From Podarcis gaigeae (taxonomy: Eukaryota), in the NCBI GenBank assembly GCA_964106915.2, contig OZ066924.1: DNA of 64,000 nucleotides; one strand, written 5' to 3'. A program made the translations under genes and the position numbers. The stretch's first letter is position 1; the number at the start of each line of letters is the position of its first letter. The notes beneath the pieces were generated by a model. That model was not told the DNA's origin and did not search any database. It saw nothing but the letters and a program-made list of their open reading frames with translations. Of the stretch, positions 1 to 12,819 are shown in pieces.

Positions 1-19
1 AGATCTAGGGGTCTAGGCG

Positions 20-255
20 GCATCAACAGAAGTATTGTGTCCAGATCAAGGGAAGTAATGATCTCATTCTATTCTACCTTGGTTGGACCCCACCTAGAGT
101 TCTGTGCCAAGTTCTGGACACAAAAGTTTAAGAAGGGTATTTACAAGCTCGAACATGTACAGAGAATGACCAAGGTGATAGTGAGTCTGGAAACCAAACC
201 TTATGATGACCAGCTGTGGGAGCTGGGTATGCTTAGCCTTAGAGAATACTGAGGG
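20..255 (+). mobile_element. CR1 LINE ORF2 C-terminal fragment
   Basis: Peptide SRSREVMISFYSTLVGPHLEFC...KLEHVQR...ELGMLSL is typical of the CR1 RT C-terminus. Confidence 0.8.
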
Positions 256-615
256 GTCTGCAATATTCCCTTTTCAACGATTTCCTTAACAAACATCCTT
301 TAACTTGATGCACATACTTCAAAAATATCTGGAGTCTGTACTTAATAGGTTTTTTAATTGCCCTCTTTGTGGGGGTGGGAGTGCAGTCAGGTCATGAGTG
401 TTAACAGCTGCCACCCCATCAAGTAAATAAATAAAAATACTTAACTAAAAGTAGAAATCGCAGGAAGATTTTGACAGATTTTCCTGAGCCCTTGGGGTCA
501 AGAGAAAGCAACTGTTGTAGAGACATTTCATTCTGAACCTGCAGCTAAACAGAGCCAGACAGAGGATGATGACAGGTGGGTGTCCTACCCCACCCCCTAA
601 CCTAAATCATAGCTA

Positions 616-966
616 GGTGCATGGGTGGTGCTGTGGGTTAAACCATAGAGCCTAGGACTTGCCATCAGAAGGTCGTCGGTTCGAATCCCTGTGACGGGGT
701 GCGCTCCCGTTTCTCGGTCCCTGCTCCTGCCAACCTAGCAGTTCGAAAGCACGACAAAGTGCAAGTAGATAAATAGGTACCGCTCCGGCGGGAAGGTAAA
801 CGGTATTTCCGTGCGCTGCTCTGGTTCGCCAGAAGTGGCTTAGTCATGCTGGCCACATGATCTGGAAGCTGTACGCCGGCTCCCTCGGTCAATAAAGCGA
901 GATGAGCGCCGCAAACCCCAGAGTCAGCCACGACTGGACTTAATGGTCAGGGGTCCCTTTACCTTT
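616..966 (+). mobile_element. Sauria SINE
   Basis: tRNA-like head with GGTTCGAATCC B-box, CCTGCCAACCTAGCAGTTCGAAAGCA core, ACCTTT tail. Confidence 0.88.
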
Positions 967-1153
967 TACATGGGTCAGGTTATCTCGATTCAGATCCAGA
1001 GGTAGTAACCCTTTTGTCTAAAGAAGGATGGAGAAGTGAGATCCCAATTTCTCCTCTTCTCCACTCCTTACGTTTTGCCCCGTTGATATTTATTCTCAGG
1101 GTGATGAGCAGCCCTCCCCGTGAGAGAACTCTATTTGAAGGGAGCCTCTACTC

Positions 1154-1289
1154 CAGTGTTTCCCAACCTTGTGCCTCCAGCTGTTTTTGGACTACAATTC
1201 CCATCATCCCTTGCCACTGGTCTTGCTAGTCAGGGATGATGGGAGTTGTAGTTCAAAAACAGCTGGAGGCACAAGGTTGGGAAACACTG
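1154..1289. mobile_element. Palindromic hAT-type MITE
   Basis: CAGTGTTTCCCAACCTTGTGCCTCCAG...CTGGAGGCACAAGGTTGGGAAACACTG; near-identical to the copy at 49413. Confidence 0.85.
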
Positions 1290-1577
1290 CGAGTCTACTC
1301 CACCAGACGTGGAGTTCTCATCATGTGACTCGGAGAGAGGAAAACAAAACCTGGCATGCCTGAGTTTATTTGAGGAGGATTTGGGCTATAATGAAAAGGA
1401 CGTTACAGGCATTACCCCGCCTCCCTTTTCACCCTGCAGCCGCCACCAAGTTTCCCCTGCCAGAGCTCCAGTTGAAACGAAACATGTTTTCTGGGAAGTA
1501 TTTTCACCGGAGCCATCTCCCACGTCTCTCCCTTACCCTGCTTCCTCGTCTCTCTAGCTGGGCTGATGATCTAATAA

Positions 1578-1579
<2 letters not shown>

Positions 1580-1609
<30 letters not shown>
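1580..1609. repeat. (CT)n microsatellite
   Basis: Direct reading. Confidence 0.95.
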
Positions 1610-1614
<5 letters not shown>

Positions 1615-2083
1615 ACTTTGGCAGTCCTTTGCCACCTGGCAGCCTGAGCTGTCTGCGTGAAGCGAAAGGCCTGCATGCAGTTAACCCTGGATGGCGAGGT
1701 GCCTGCAGATTGTGGAAAGAGGGAGACCCCTGCTGAACCGAGCGCCTAGCAGATGAGCTGTCTGGTCCTGTCTCTCTGGGCCATCAGAGCCACGGGTAGC
1801 GCAGGGCTGCCACCTGCCCTGTATAATACAAGATTGCTCCATATTTCAATGTAAAACGCTACGTCCTGTATTCTTTGTCCTGTACTTCATGTCTTCTCCT
1901 TCTCCTTCTCTCTTTTTCTCTGTGCCAAGTTACGGATCCTCTCCAAATGAATGTGTTTGAGTGGCAAGGTTCTGTATTTAAATCCTGGGTAGCCAAGGAC
2001 AGACAGATTCACAAATCCATGTGTGTGCATGCGTGTGTGTCTGTGACCAGTTCCAGAGGGGCCATCCTGTTAGGCTGTAATGG

Positions 2084-2190
2084 TAGAATCATAGAATTTG
2101 GGAGGGACCACGAGGGTCATCTAGTCCAACCCCTGCAATGCAGGAATCTTTTGCCCAACTGGGGACTCGAACGCATGACTGTGTTTGCCC
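2084..2190 (-). mobile_element. tRNA-derived SINE with CR1-like tail (partial)
   Basis: TAGAATCATAGAAT...GGTCATCTAGTCCAACCCC is the reverse of a CR1 3' tail; related to the copy at 61660. Confidence 0.65.
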
Positions 2191-2399
2191 AACTGAGCTC
2201 GACTGTAACGCGTTGAAGCCCCTTCAGCAACAGATGAAAGAAGAATAATGGTTCACCAACCGCCCCGTCTCGCCCGGTCCTGTCTAAGGTGGCAACGCAG
2301 CCTTAGGGGTGAACGAGGCTGGAAGCCTGACAAAGGAGGCAGAGATGCGAAAAGAGGATTGTTGTTGTTGTTTTGTTTAGCGGACCTGGAACTGTGGAG

Positions 2400-2500
2400 C
2401 CGGCACGTTTCGAAGCGCATTACGCGAACAAATAGCGCAGGAGCCGCCTGCCAGAATGGGCTTGTGTAACTTTGCGAACGTGCCAGAAAAGTTTAAAAAG
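2400..2500 (+). promoter_or_regulatory. LOX core promoter/TSS region with RCGTG (HIF-type) cores
   Basis: ATTACGCGAACAAATAGC...GGCTTGTGTAACTTTGCGAACGTGCCAGAAAAGTTTAAAA resembles the 5' end of mammalian LOX mRNA as I recall it. ACGTG at 2478-2482 (+) and CACGT at 2404-2408 (- strand ACGTG). Confidence 0.6.
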
Positions 2501-2810
2501 CCCTCATCTCCTCCCGCCCACCTACCCTCCGCCTCTCCCTCCCTCCCTCCGCTGCCGCTTCATTCCAGACACCAGCAAAAGCAAGAGGGAGAGGCGGCTC
2601 GCTCAGTCCCGCGCCGAGCGCATTCCTTTTAACAGTCTTGGAGAGGAGGAGAGGGGAAGCTTGCTGCAAAGGGGAAATCTGCCACCTGTGTACGAAGAAA
2701 GCGCCCAGGCGCCTGCAAGAGCTGCTTCTTCGCCGTCGGGCTGTTGTTTGGCTCGACGGTCCTTCCAGGACCCAGGGGTGCCAAGGGGTACCCCACTCGC
2801 CGCCGCCGCT

Positions 2811-3456
2811 ATGCGCCTCTCCACCCGGCCGCCGCTGCTGCTCCGCGTAGCCCAGCTGCAGGCGTGCGTCTTTTGGAGTTGCCTGCTGTGCGCGCCGTCG
2901 GGCGCGCTGCCTCAGCCAAGGAACCCGCCGCCACCGGCCGTGTGGAGGCAAAGGATTCAGTGGGAGAACCAGGGGCAGCTATACAGCTTGCTCAGCGTGG
3001 GCTCCCAGTACCAGCCGCCTCGACGGCGCGCAAGCCAGCAACCCTCGCACGGCGGCCACGTGTTGCTCCTCCGGGGCAATGGCACCTCTCCGCGCAGGGC
3101 GCAAGCGGTCGCCGCCGACGGCACCACCCGGAGACCCGAGGCGCAGCACTGGTTCCAAGCCGGCTACCAGCAGCCCGCCGGCGACAGGGGGCGCGGGGCC
3201 GACGGCGCTGCCAGCAGCAGCTCTCGGCGAGCGCCCCTCGCCAGCGCTCCCTCCAGGCCGGGCAACAGCAGCGGCGCGCCTCCTCTGAGCAACTTCCCTC
3301 GGGCGCGCGGCTTAGACCGCATGGTGGGCGATGACCCCTACAACCCGTACAAGTACTCGGACGACAACCCGTACTATAACTATTACGACACGTACGAGCG
3401 GCCCCGGCCCGACAGCCGACAGCGGCCCGGTTATGGCACCGGTTACTTCCAGTACG
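2811..3456 (+). CDS. LOX: Lysyl oxidase exon 1 (signal peptide, propeptide, BMP1 cleavage site, start of mature enzyme)
   Basis: ATG at 2811 in gccgccgctATG context. Translates [11 protein letters not shown]...[25 protein letters not shown]...[31 protein letters not shown]...GYGTGYFQY, the characteristic LOX N-terminus. Donor G|gtaag at 3456/3457; 646 nt, phase 1. Confidence 0.97.
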
Positions 3457-3589
3457 GTAAGAGCGCGCAGTTCGCCACGCGACGGGAGAGAAAGTGTGGC
3501 GAGGAATTGCGCCCCTGCAGTGACTTAAACGTGGAGTTGGTCGCTTGCTCTGCCAACAGCAGTCGCCCTCCGAAAAAAAACCCCAACCA

Positions 3590-3765
3590 CCCCTTTTAAA
3601 ATGCGGTGGGGTTTTTTTGGGGGGGGGGCGGGGAGCGGGTATTGAGTCGTTGTTTTTATTTCGATTATATATTTTGCGGTTTTATATTTTGATTTTGTTC
3701 TGCCATTCGCCCTGAGATCTCCGGGTATAGGGCGGTATATAAATTCAATTAATAATAATAATAAC
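3590..3765 (+). mobile_element. L2-like LINE 3' tail inside the LOX CpG island
   Basis: CGCCCTGAGATCTCCGGGTATAGGGCGGTATATAAAT(TAA)n; aligns by eye with 46964-47097. Confidence 0.7.
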
Positions 3766-4923
3766 AACCCAACCCCGACGCAGCCACGTGGCAAATCCTG
3801 CCCTCCCCGCCAGACGGCACGTTTAACACGGAGCGCTTGGCAAGGCGGCCGGCTCCACTGCCGTTATTCGCCATCTGGTTCCAGCCCTCCCCCTTTGCCC
3901 CTCACCGTGTCTGCGTTGTTGTCAGCCTGGAACTTATTGCACGAGAATATCCCTTATTCACTGGAAACTTTTTTTTCAACAAGGGTTGTTTCTCTGTACT
4001 TTAAAAAGTAATGTTAAAACAACAACAACCACCCACAAATCAACTTCTACAATTCAGTGCAGAGCGCTGGAGTGGGAAGGTTTTTCAGGACAAACGTTCT
4101 GTTATCTTAGCGGTGGTTCATTTCCTTTATGCTGGAGGGAGTGGGGTTCTGTCCTACTGCTGCACTGACATTTTAACTCCAGCCCACAAGCCCCCTCCCC
4201 AGCCATCAAAAAAGCTTTCTGCGCATGGTCAGAGGCACTGTTATTATTAAATCTGGTCCTGTGCACAAACTGCTGGGGCTGAACCATGGATCAGTTAAGA
4301 CTCCTGCTGCACACTTTGAAGAAAGAAGCATTATGGTTATGGCACCCCTGCCCCCAAATTTCCCCACTCCTAGAACAAAGGAAACTTGCACCAACGCTCT
4401 GTCTCTTTGCTTTAAAGTAAGGTTGGAAGGTGCCCTTCATCTTCAGGCTCTTTGAACAGGGTTAATTCAAACCACAACCTGCCTAATGGATGGCCAGCGT
4501 CATTTGTTTCGGCATAGCTGCAGGTCCATATAACAAAGAGCAAAGCTCCACAGTGTCGGACACATTTCTGGTATTTTGATCTAGCAGACTTAAGTGTACT
4601 CCTCAGCTGGTGTCCTTATGAGGAAGAATCCCTTGAAGATTTATGAGAAAAAATTGCTTTGGAGAGTGCTGTGTTTCACAGTATCTGCCAATCTGCAAGG
4701 CACGTTGTCTTTTCATATCCCCCCCCCCCTTTGATCTTGAGAAAAATGACTCTTGCTTCTTGTTAACCAGCCATGGATGTGAGAGATGTGGATTGTATGT
4801 AGTGTTTAGGAAGATTTGGTTTGTGACTCCTCTAAGATAGGCAAAATGAAGTTTGCAAACATTTTCTGGGCTTGATCTGTTCTCTCTCTCTCTCTGTCTC
4901 TGTGTGTGTGTGTTGTGGCATGA

Positions 4924-5043
<120 letters not shown>

Positions 5044-6981
5044 TAAACAGGAGTCAATCCTACCCCTTGGTTTATGTTGACACTGGATTCCGAACTGAAT
5101 CTGATGGGAAGATCTGGAGTCTTAGAACGAGGGTTTGTAAAAGAGGCACCCACCAGATTAGATTCAGAATGTCACGTTGAAATTGGTGGGATAAGTTGGT
5201 TGTTATTACCTTACAAAGTACCGTTGCTTTCAATAGGACCAAAGCATGGCCAACTTTGTGTGGAACCACAACATTGCTTTTACAACACAGTTCAGGACAC
5301 GCTGACAAAAAAGTCAAAATGTCACACTGGCAGCTTAACAAGAGGGAAGAGGAGTTAATTTCATAAGTAGCAGAGAGTTCTGCCTCCATTCCAGTTGATG
5401 AAACATACTGTTTCTATTACCCTCTGCTGAGAGCTGGATGACCAAACTACAAGGCTTCCATGCCCTTATTGTTTGGGAATTACTGCCTTAAGAAGTGCCT
5501 GTTTTTCATTAAGTCAGTGCTTCACTAATTTTTGAAAACAAGTCCCCCTTGAACACATCGTTTACAAATTGTGAAATAAGTTGGTTTGTTTTTTTTTAAA
5601 AAAAGGTAAAATCTTGCTATTTGATAAATGCAATTTGCAATCAGCTCTTAATAAACCATTTACTTTCTGATTATTATTATTATTATTCCAAGGCTTTTCA
5701 ACCAATGCGTAGCTACTAGGGAGAAAATTCCATTGAACTCAGTGGGACTTCTTTGCAAAGATGCATATGCATAAGATGAGGCTGTGAGGATACTAATATA
5801 AAAAATGTATTTTAGATCTGATGGAATATTGTTATGCAAAACAGCCTCTCAAAATTAGTTCATAGCAATGCCAGCCAAGATTTGGTAATATGCTTTTTAC
5901 ACTTGCAGTAGTGCCAGCAAATTGATTAAGAGTATATTGTACTTGAGGATGATAGAAAAATAGCTAGCTAATGTTACACAACTCCATCATATTTTTAGTT
6001 GACATTTTAAAGGGGAAATATAGAAACTCTGCTGAAATTGGCAGGAGAGGAAGGAAGTGGAGATCACATGGACACGATCAGGAGGAAGAGGAAACAACAC
6101 CTACTCTGACTCGGCAGACACAAAAAATTCTGGTAAAAGATTTGGACTTGGTGGCCAAAGCAAATTTTGACCTATTGCAACAACAGAAAATCCACCTTTC
6201 ATAGGACACCAACAAGGGAAGATAAAAATAAGTTCAGTAAACAAAAGTAGGCATGGGATATGTTTTTTTTTCTGACATTCAGCCATGGCCTACTACTTCT
6301 TAGTTTTTAAAAAACATTTTCCTAAATATTTTATTGAAATAATGCACACTTCCTCTGATTTGAAGAGAGGAATTGGTTATGCTCATCAACTAGGCATGTG
6401 TTGGGCATAATCAAAAAGGAGTCAAACATAAACATTAATAGCAACTGGAACAACAACAACAGTAAATTGTTGGTTGTTTTTTTACCCATGAGGTCACAGG
6501 ACAGGTTTCCACAATTTAATAATACAATATTAAAATCAGTTAAAACAAAGCAGTCAATAGAATAGGGTGGCTCCTAAAATACATATTTCAGGTGTCAAAG
6601 GTCAGGGTAAAGAGGCACATCTTCAGCATATAATGGAAACTGCACAATGAAGATTTTTTCCTCTCTGGGGAAGGAATTACACAGCTTAGGAGTTGCCATA
6701 GAAACCCCCCTCTCCCATTCTCCCCCTCTCACAGTAGGGGTGGGGGAACTACCAAGAGGGCCCCCTCTGCTGATCTTAACACCTGAGAGGGTCTGTAGAG
6801 AAGGGGAAACCGCATTGGACATTGTTAAGCAGCTTCAGCTCTCGTTATGTTGCATTCTCTAAAAAGCCCCAAGAGATTGTTTCAACTATAATAAATACAA
6901 ATGTCGCACCATAAGGAAAAGTGTGTTTAACGAGCAATTTCAAGCCTATTTCATGCGCATGTATGTTTTACATATTTGCAG

Positions 6982-7119
6982 CTCAGCTTACAGGTCGGAT
7001 GTCAGAGACTATGATAATAGAATGCTTCTGAGATTCCCCCAGAGAGTGAAAAACCAAGGCACATCAGATTTCTTGCCAAGTCGACCACGATACTCTTGGG
7101 AGTGGCACAGTTGTCATCA
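6982..7119 (+). CDS. LOX: Lysyl oxidase exon 3 (start of copper-binding motif)
   Basis: cag|CTCAGC...CATCA|gtgagt; 138 nt; [45 protein letters not shown](Q). Confidence 0.97.
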
Positions 7120-7297
7120 GTGAGTGAAGGGCTCAGTATGGTACTTTCCAATTATGTTCACTTGCTGTTTGTTTGTTGTGATGTGGCTTCCAGCACTCCA
7201 CTCCACTCCCTTCCCCTGCTCTTGCTGCCATGCAGCAAATAGCAGGAGTTGAACCCTTACCCACTGAACTCAAGTTTACAACCCTGCTTTAGGAATA

Positions 7298-7529
7298 CAG
7301 TGGAACCTTGGTTTTCAAACGCAATCCATTTCAGAAGACCGTTCGACTTCCGAAACATTCAAAAACCAAAGCATTCAATTCCAGAAGCATTTACTTACAG
7401 AAAACTCAAAACGGAAGCCATTCGACTTCCAAAAAGCAGTCGAAAACCAAAGCAGTTACTTCCGGGTTTTTGGCATTTGTAAACTGAAACGTTTGACTTC
7501 TGAGACGTTCAAAAACCGAGGTTCCACTG
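7298..7529. mobile_element. Tc1/mariner (Tigger-like) MITE
   Basis: TA|CAGTGGAACCT...AGGTTCCACTG|TA terminal inverted repeats with TA TSD. Confidence 0.85.
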
Positions 7530-8061
7530 TAGAAAATAAATAGGAGCTATTCCAATGTGATGGAAAACGTAACTTGTTCATCTTCCATGTATACATTTTG
7601 GACATTCAGAACATACTTACTCAGTAATCAGTGGAAATGTTAGGTGGGTGAAATTGGTCAACTCAAGGTGATGTTGGTATCCGAGCTCTTTAACTCAATG
7701 AGCTTTTCCTGCATATGGGAAGGATTCAAAGATGTGCTAATATAGGTATGGTTTCTGTGATCTGAAGACTGCCATACAACAGAAGGTAGCCTTTGGTTTT
7801 CAGCTGCTTAGGCCACACATAGGGCAAATATTACCTTCGTTGATTTTAGACAAGCCTTTGCCAATCTGGTGCCCCCAGATGTTTGGTACCACGACTCACA
7901 TCAGCTTGGGAGGGCCTGCAAAGGCAGCTTTAGACCCAAAGAGGGACATTTGTGTTGAAACATGTTGCTTGATTCCATCTTCTGTTGGAATCAACAATAA
8001 GAAAATACAATGGAGAGAAGACGTTGAGGTGGCTGTCTAATGTTAACCTATTTCCCCTCCA

Positions 8062-8262
8062 AATAAATAAAAAAATTGTCCAGTAGCACTTTAGAGACCA
8101 GCTATGTATGTTCTGGGCATGCACACAAGAAGGTATCTGAAGAAGTGTGCACACACAGGAAAGCTTATATCCAGAACATACTTAGTTGGTCTCTAAGGTG
8201 CTACTGCACAATTTTTTAATTTATTTCGACTGCGTCAGATCACTACAGCTACCTACCTGAAT
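8062..8262 (+). mobile_element. Very short PLE insertion (inverted pLTR pair only) with hammerhead motif, LOX intron 3
   Basis: Same family as the 14.7-kb element (TAGTTGGTCTCTAAGGTGCTACTG terminus). Inverted arms about 8071-8116 and 8171-8217. Motif GTAT-CTGAAGAAGTGTGC...GAAAGCTTATAT at about 8133-8170. 14-bp TSD CTATTTCCCCTCCA at 8048-8061 and 8263-8276. Confidence 0.85.
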
Positions 8263-8793
8263 CTATTTCCCCTCCAGCTACTCTACTGTGAGAAATATAA
8301 TGTAGCAACAAAACAGGCCTTTCACAATATGACTAATGAATAATCAGAAGCATAATAAGGCAATGTGTGTAAAACTAGAACATATTTAACACAGTGGAGT
8401 TTAAATATGAAAATATTTTGCGTAAATACTTGGGGGCACTGATAGAAAAAGAATCAAAATCCATAGTATCCTTGGAATTTACAGTATACAAAGTAAGCAT
8501 TTTTAATTCAGATGAACAGTATTCAAGGGTAACAATTAGACACTCCGATATAGACACTTAGGTGCTTCCTACTTCTTGCAACAGGAAATTTTGCAACAAT
8601 GATTTTGCTTAGTCTTTAAACAAACTAAATGCTATGCAACAATTTACTCTCAAGAGCTGTATTTGTAATATAATTGTTGAATAATGAAACTATATGAAGA
8701 ACAGTATCATAGGGCAACAAAATATTAGCCCATTAGTTTGGAATAATAAACAGCGATTGTAAGGCTCTATGCCAACGTTGTTTTGCTGGGCCA

Positions 8794-8794
8794 C

Positions 8795-8832
<38 letters not shown>
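8794..8832. repeat. (ATT)n microsatellite upstream of LOX exon 4
   Basis: Direct reading. Confidence 0.95.
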
Positions 8833-8833
<1 letters not shown>

Positions 8834-8881
8834 GGTTGCTGGGTTAACACTTAATAAAAAAGTTTGCCTGTGGTTTAACAG

Positions 8882-9038
8882 ACACTACCACAGTATGGAT
8901 GAATTCAGCCATTATGACTTGCTTGAAGCAAGCTCCCAAAGGAGAGTAGCTGAAGGACACAAAGCAAGCTTTTGTCTTGAAGATACGTCCTGCGATTATG
9001 GATACTATAGAAGGTATGCGTGTACAGCACATACGCAG
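8882..9038 (+). CDS. LOX: Lysyl oxidase exon 4 (rest of Cu-binding [11 protein letters not shown]; LTQ lysine in AEGHKASF)
   Basis: cag|ACACTAC...ACGCAG|gtaag; 157 nt; [52 protein letters not shown]. Confidence 0.97.
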
Positions 9039-10297
9039 GTAAGGTAGTCGCTGATCATTTTTCATCTCTTGCTGTCAGAATATAGATGGATTTCAAACAT
9101 CAGTCTTGAAACAACAGCACCATATAGGCTTCAGGGAATCTGTTCCCCCTCCCTCACGGCAGGCTGCCAGTAATGGAAAGACAAGAAGCTCTTACTAAGG
9201 TCTTTTATTCAGTATTCACAGAGAGATGTAGAAGTGCCATCTCTTGGATAATGACGTTGAAACCGGTATCGCAGTCTGAACTTCAAACCAGTTTCAGACA
9301 ATGCATTGAGATATCTTCCAGCTCCGATCCCTATATTGGTTGCAAGGGGTACAACTAAGTTTAGAGGCAACTGGCAACTACCTTCTTGTGAAGGTCCTAG
9401 AATGCTTTCCTAACTTTTCTGCAAACTGGCTAGCTGAGTCTCTTAAGTATTATAGCATCTGATTGCTACTATGAATTCTTTTAGAATTCTTGCGGCTGTT
9501 TTGAGACCTGTGCTCTCTGCAAAGTATTTTCTTCAGCAAATGAAGATTGAATCCTATTTTTTTTAAAAAATGCGCATAGTTGCCAGCTCTCAGTATACCC
9601 ATGAGCTTTCTCGCTGCAGCCCTTGCCAAGTGACACACAGTCTGTGGCAAAACAGTGTACTTTTCGTAGGGGCAGCCAGGCACCGCTCAGAATGATTTCA
9701 GGGTAGGGAAAGGAACTGAACCGCACACATTACGTAGACCCAAAGGGCTGTGAGTTCATGGCTTAAGGGGAGCTGTCATTTCAGGACAAAAATATGCTTC
9801 CTAAAGTCAATCCGCCCTTTTAATCTAGCAAAATAACAATGAGACATGAAAAGAGTCTAAGTCTCGTTTTACCAAGTTACCCTAATGGGAAGCTCGCAAG
9901 GAGGTCCTCTCCTTGTGACTTGCAACAACTGGGGGGAGAATATAGTGGGGGGAAGAATATAGTGATTGTGTCTAGCAGCCATTGGTATCCTTGTCTTTCA
10001 TGAAAATGGCTCCCCTTTGCTTTGGAATGGGAAAATGCTGGATCTTTTGTTTGTTTTGGAAGGCAAAATTATTTTGCTAGAATTTAGACCTTTTCTATAA
10101 GGGTCATTCTATTTATATAGCAGGAGAGCAATCATTTTGATAGAAGTAATGGTGACAGTAAGGTGTCATGAATCACTGAGAAATGCTAACTATCTAGGCA
10201 AGCTTTTTGACATTTGTCAACATTGTACTTACATATATATATATATATAAGAAAGTTAAGACTTTCACTTCACTATCCTGCTACACTTCAATTTTAG

Positions 10298-10438
<141 letters not shown>

Positions 10439-10441
10439 TGA

Positions 10442-10591
<150 letters not shown>

Positions 10592-12812
10592 TAAGTAATT
10601 TCCTGTTTACACATTTTTACACAAAAATTGACACATTTTTATGGTCTTTCAAAAATCTGTTGCGCAGCATGTATTTTATAAAATGAGACTTTTTGGTCTT
10701 ATCTCAACCACATAATAACAAATCACATAATCCCTCCTTTCCTCCTCTTATCTGGTAGAATGATGAGCTCAAGAAGCATTCATTTGTGCTTTTAAATTAA
10801 CAGAGTTCCTTTTCATATCACAGGCGGTCAATGGCTAGTTCAAACTAGGCTTTGCTCAAACAAGCTAGGATCAAACCGTGGCTTATGACCATCACTTGTT
10901 TGAACAAACCATGGTTTAAATCAATTGGAATTCCTGAGTTCAAATGTAACAGGGAACTATGGTTAAGTTAAAAGTGAGAGCAGATGCTTCCAATGTCTTG
11001 GAGGAGGGGAATTGTGCGATTCTGAGTTATGTGCATATTATGCTAACATGTAGTTTAGTGCTATTGACTAAAAAGGCTCATTCTATAAAATGCATGCTTC
11101 CCTTCCTGTCATTGTAACAATGGCTGTGTTCATATATCACAATAAATCATAGTTACTGTGAACACAATCCCTGGCTCAGTGTTACATATAGATCAAGGAC
11201 CATGGTTTGCGTTCTCCAATCAAACCATGGCTAGTTTGAGGTTTGATCCTGGTTTATTTGTAACATGATCCCTGCTTCCTGCGTAATCCTAGGTCAGGAA
11301 TTGGAGTTTGTTACTACTTTGCTTCCCTGCGTCTGTATGAGTGGGAGCAACAATCTTAGTGTTGATAGTAAATCATTAACCATGGTTTATCATAATGTAT
11401 GAACATGGCCAGTTTGTATCATTTTTCTTAGACTTGGTTGTTTTGCTTTCAGATTCAAACCTCTTCATAGTGAAATGATGTGCTTTATCCTTTGGCTTTT
11501 CATAAAATCTATTTGATTGAATGGCCTAGAATGAACTTAAGAGTAACGCAAGTGTTGAATTGCTTGCCAGTGCAAGACACTCAAGTCAGATTCCTTCTGA
11601 AATACTTCTTTAGAAACCTTGTTTTGAGGATTTAAAGGGATTTGTACATTCCTACAGCAGTAGGACTTAGCAAGCGTCAGCTGTTATTTCTGGCTCACAC
11701 AACTTTTCGGATACTGCTTATGCATTCCACATACAGAGCATCCTTACAAAAACGCAGAGAACATTGCTAAGGAAGTTCAAACGAATCCAAGGGGACTTTA
11801 GTTTTACCAAGCCCCTTGGGGATTGCCCATATACAGTTGGTCTGGTCCATCGTCCAGGCCCACACTTGCATAAATAGATGGATTATGTTTGACACTGATA
11901 GCACTGCCAATGGTCTTTTGGACAGGACTTCCCCTAGCAGTTATGGGAGTCACTGTATCTGGTCTCGCTGTTTTTCCATGTAAATGTGTGCCTGGGGAGA
12001 TAGGATTGTTAACATGGTTGCATGGAGATATCTGTTGTGGGTGGGGATCTGTGCTTCAGAGGAAGTTGCAACTCTGGTGTTCAGTAATTAGCATGAGCTC
12101 ATCTATATATAACAATGCAACGTTTGTCTTTAATACCCCTGTTCCAATATCCATGTTTATTCTTCAGCTTGCATTAAGGAACGAGCTATTAAACGCATTC
12201 TAGAGAACACCAGCACCAGTACTAGCCCTAAGAATAGGCAATTATATTTATTCATCCAAACAAACCCACTGAACTTATTTTTGTCACCACTAGCCCAAAG
12301 TTGCAGTTGGTTTACAGAATCAACAAGTTAAGAGGCCTCGCCACAGGCTTTTATGAATTCTTGCAAGTGTGAGTTTCTAAGAGCCCAAGAGCTAGAACAG
12401 CAGGATTCTTAAGAGGTCAACAGTGACATTAGCAGAGCAGCAAGAGGAATTTGTCACAGCTTCTCACTATGCTAGGAAATAATTTAAAACGACGTTCGGG
12501 GAACAGCCCCTTTTCTTTAAGAACCTGGCACAATTCCTTTTGGAAGTAATGAAATGTTGTCTAAGTGCACGAGTGTTTAAACTCTTAACAAGACTTGTTA
12601 ATGTTAGAGACCTGTGCAAGGGTACAGTCAATAGTGATTTGTCTTTTACTGCATCTCATTTAGGTCAATCAATAGGAGCAGTTTAAGCAGAGGAAAAGTG
12701 TTGTGCTAATGTTGCTTAAATTTTAAATCCAGCGACGATATCTGAAGGTCTATTTAGTACTTTTGTCTTGATGTATATTATACTTAACGACTGCTTCTTT
12801 TCTCTTTAATAG

Positions 12813-12819
12813 GTATTAA
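12813..12819 (+). CDS. LOX: Lysyl oxidase exon 7 coding part (P-Y-stop), followed by 3' UTR
   Basis: Pyrimidine tract cttcttttctctttaatag|GTATTAA gives CC+G TAT TAA, the canonical ...ISPY* end. Exon lengths sum to 1269 nt in frame. Confidence 0.92.

Larger units (their letters stand above)
2250..3900. promoter_or_regulatory. CpG island over the LOX promoter, exon 1 and start of intron 1
   Basis: Visibly high GC and CpG density against the CpG-poor, AT-rich remainder; boundaries approximate. Confidence 0.85.

Noticed and set aside
616-700. tRNA genes (also at 38278, 61659, 63054)
   Set aside because: The A/B-box-like motifs are SINE heads; no complete cloverleaf is present.
2472-2810. In-frame N-terminal extension of LOX from a TTG start (375-aa ORF)
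   Set aside because: GC-rich 5' UTR lacking stops by chance. The ATG at 2811 has good context and begins the signal peptide, and the ORF tail past 3456 is intron.
2493-3334. Overlapping ORFs of 152 and 196 aa on both strands
   Set aside because: Shadow frames of the CpG-island exon; low-complexity Arg/Ala/Pro content and no recognisable domain.
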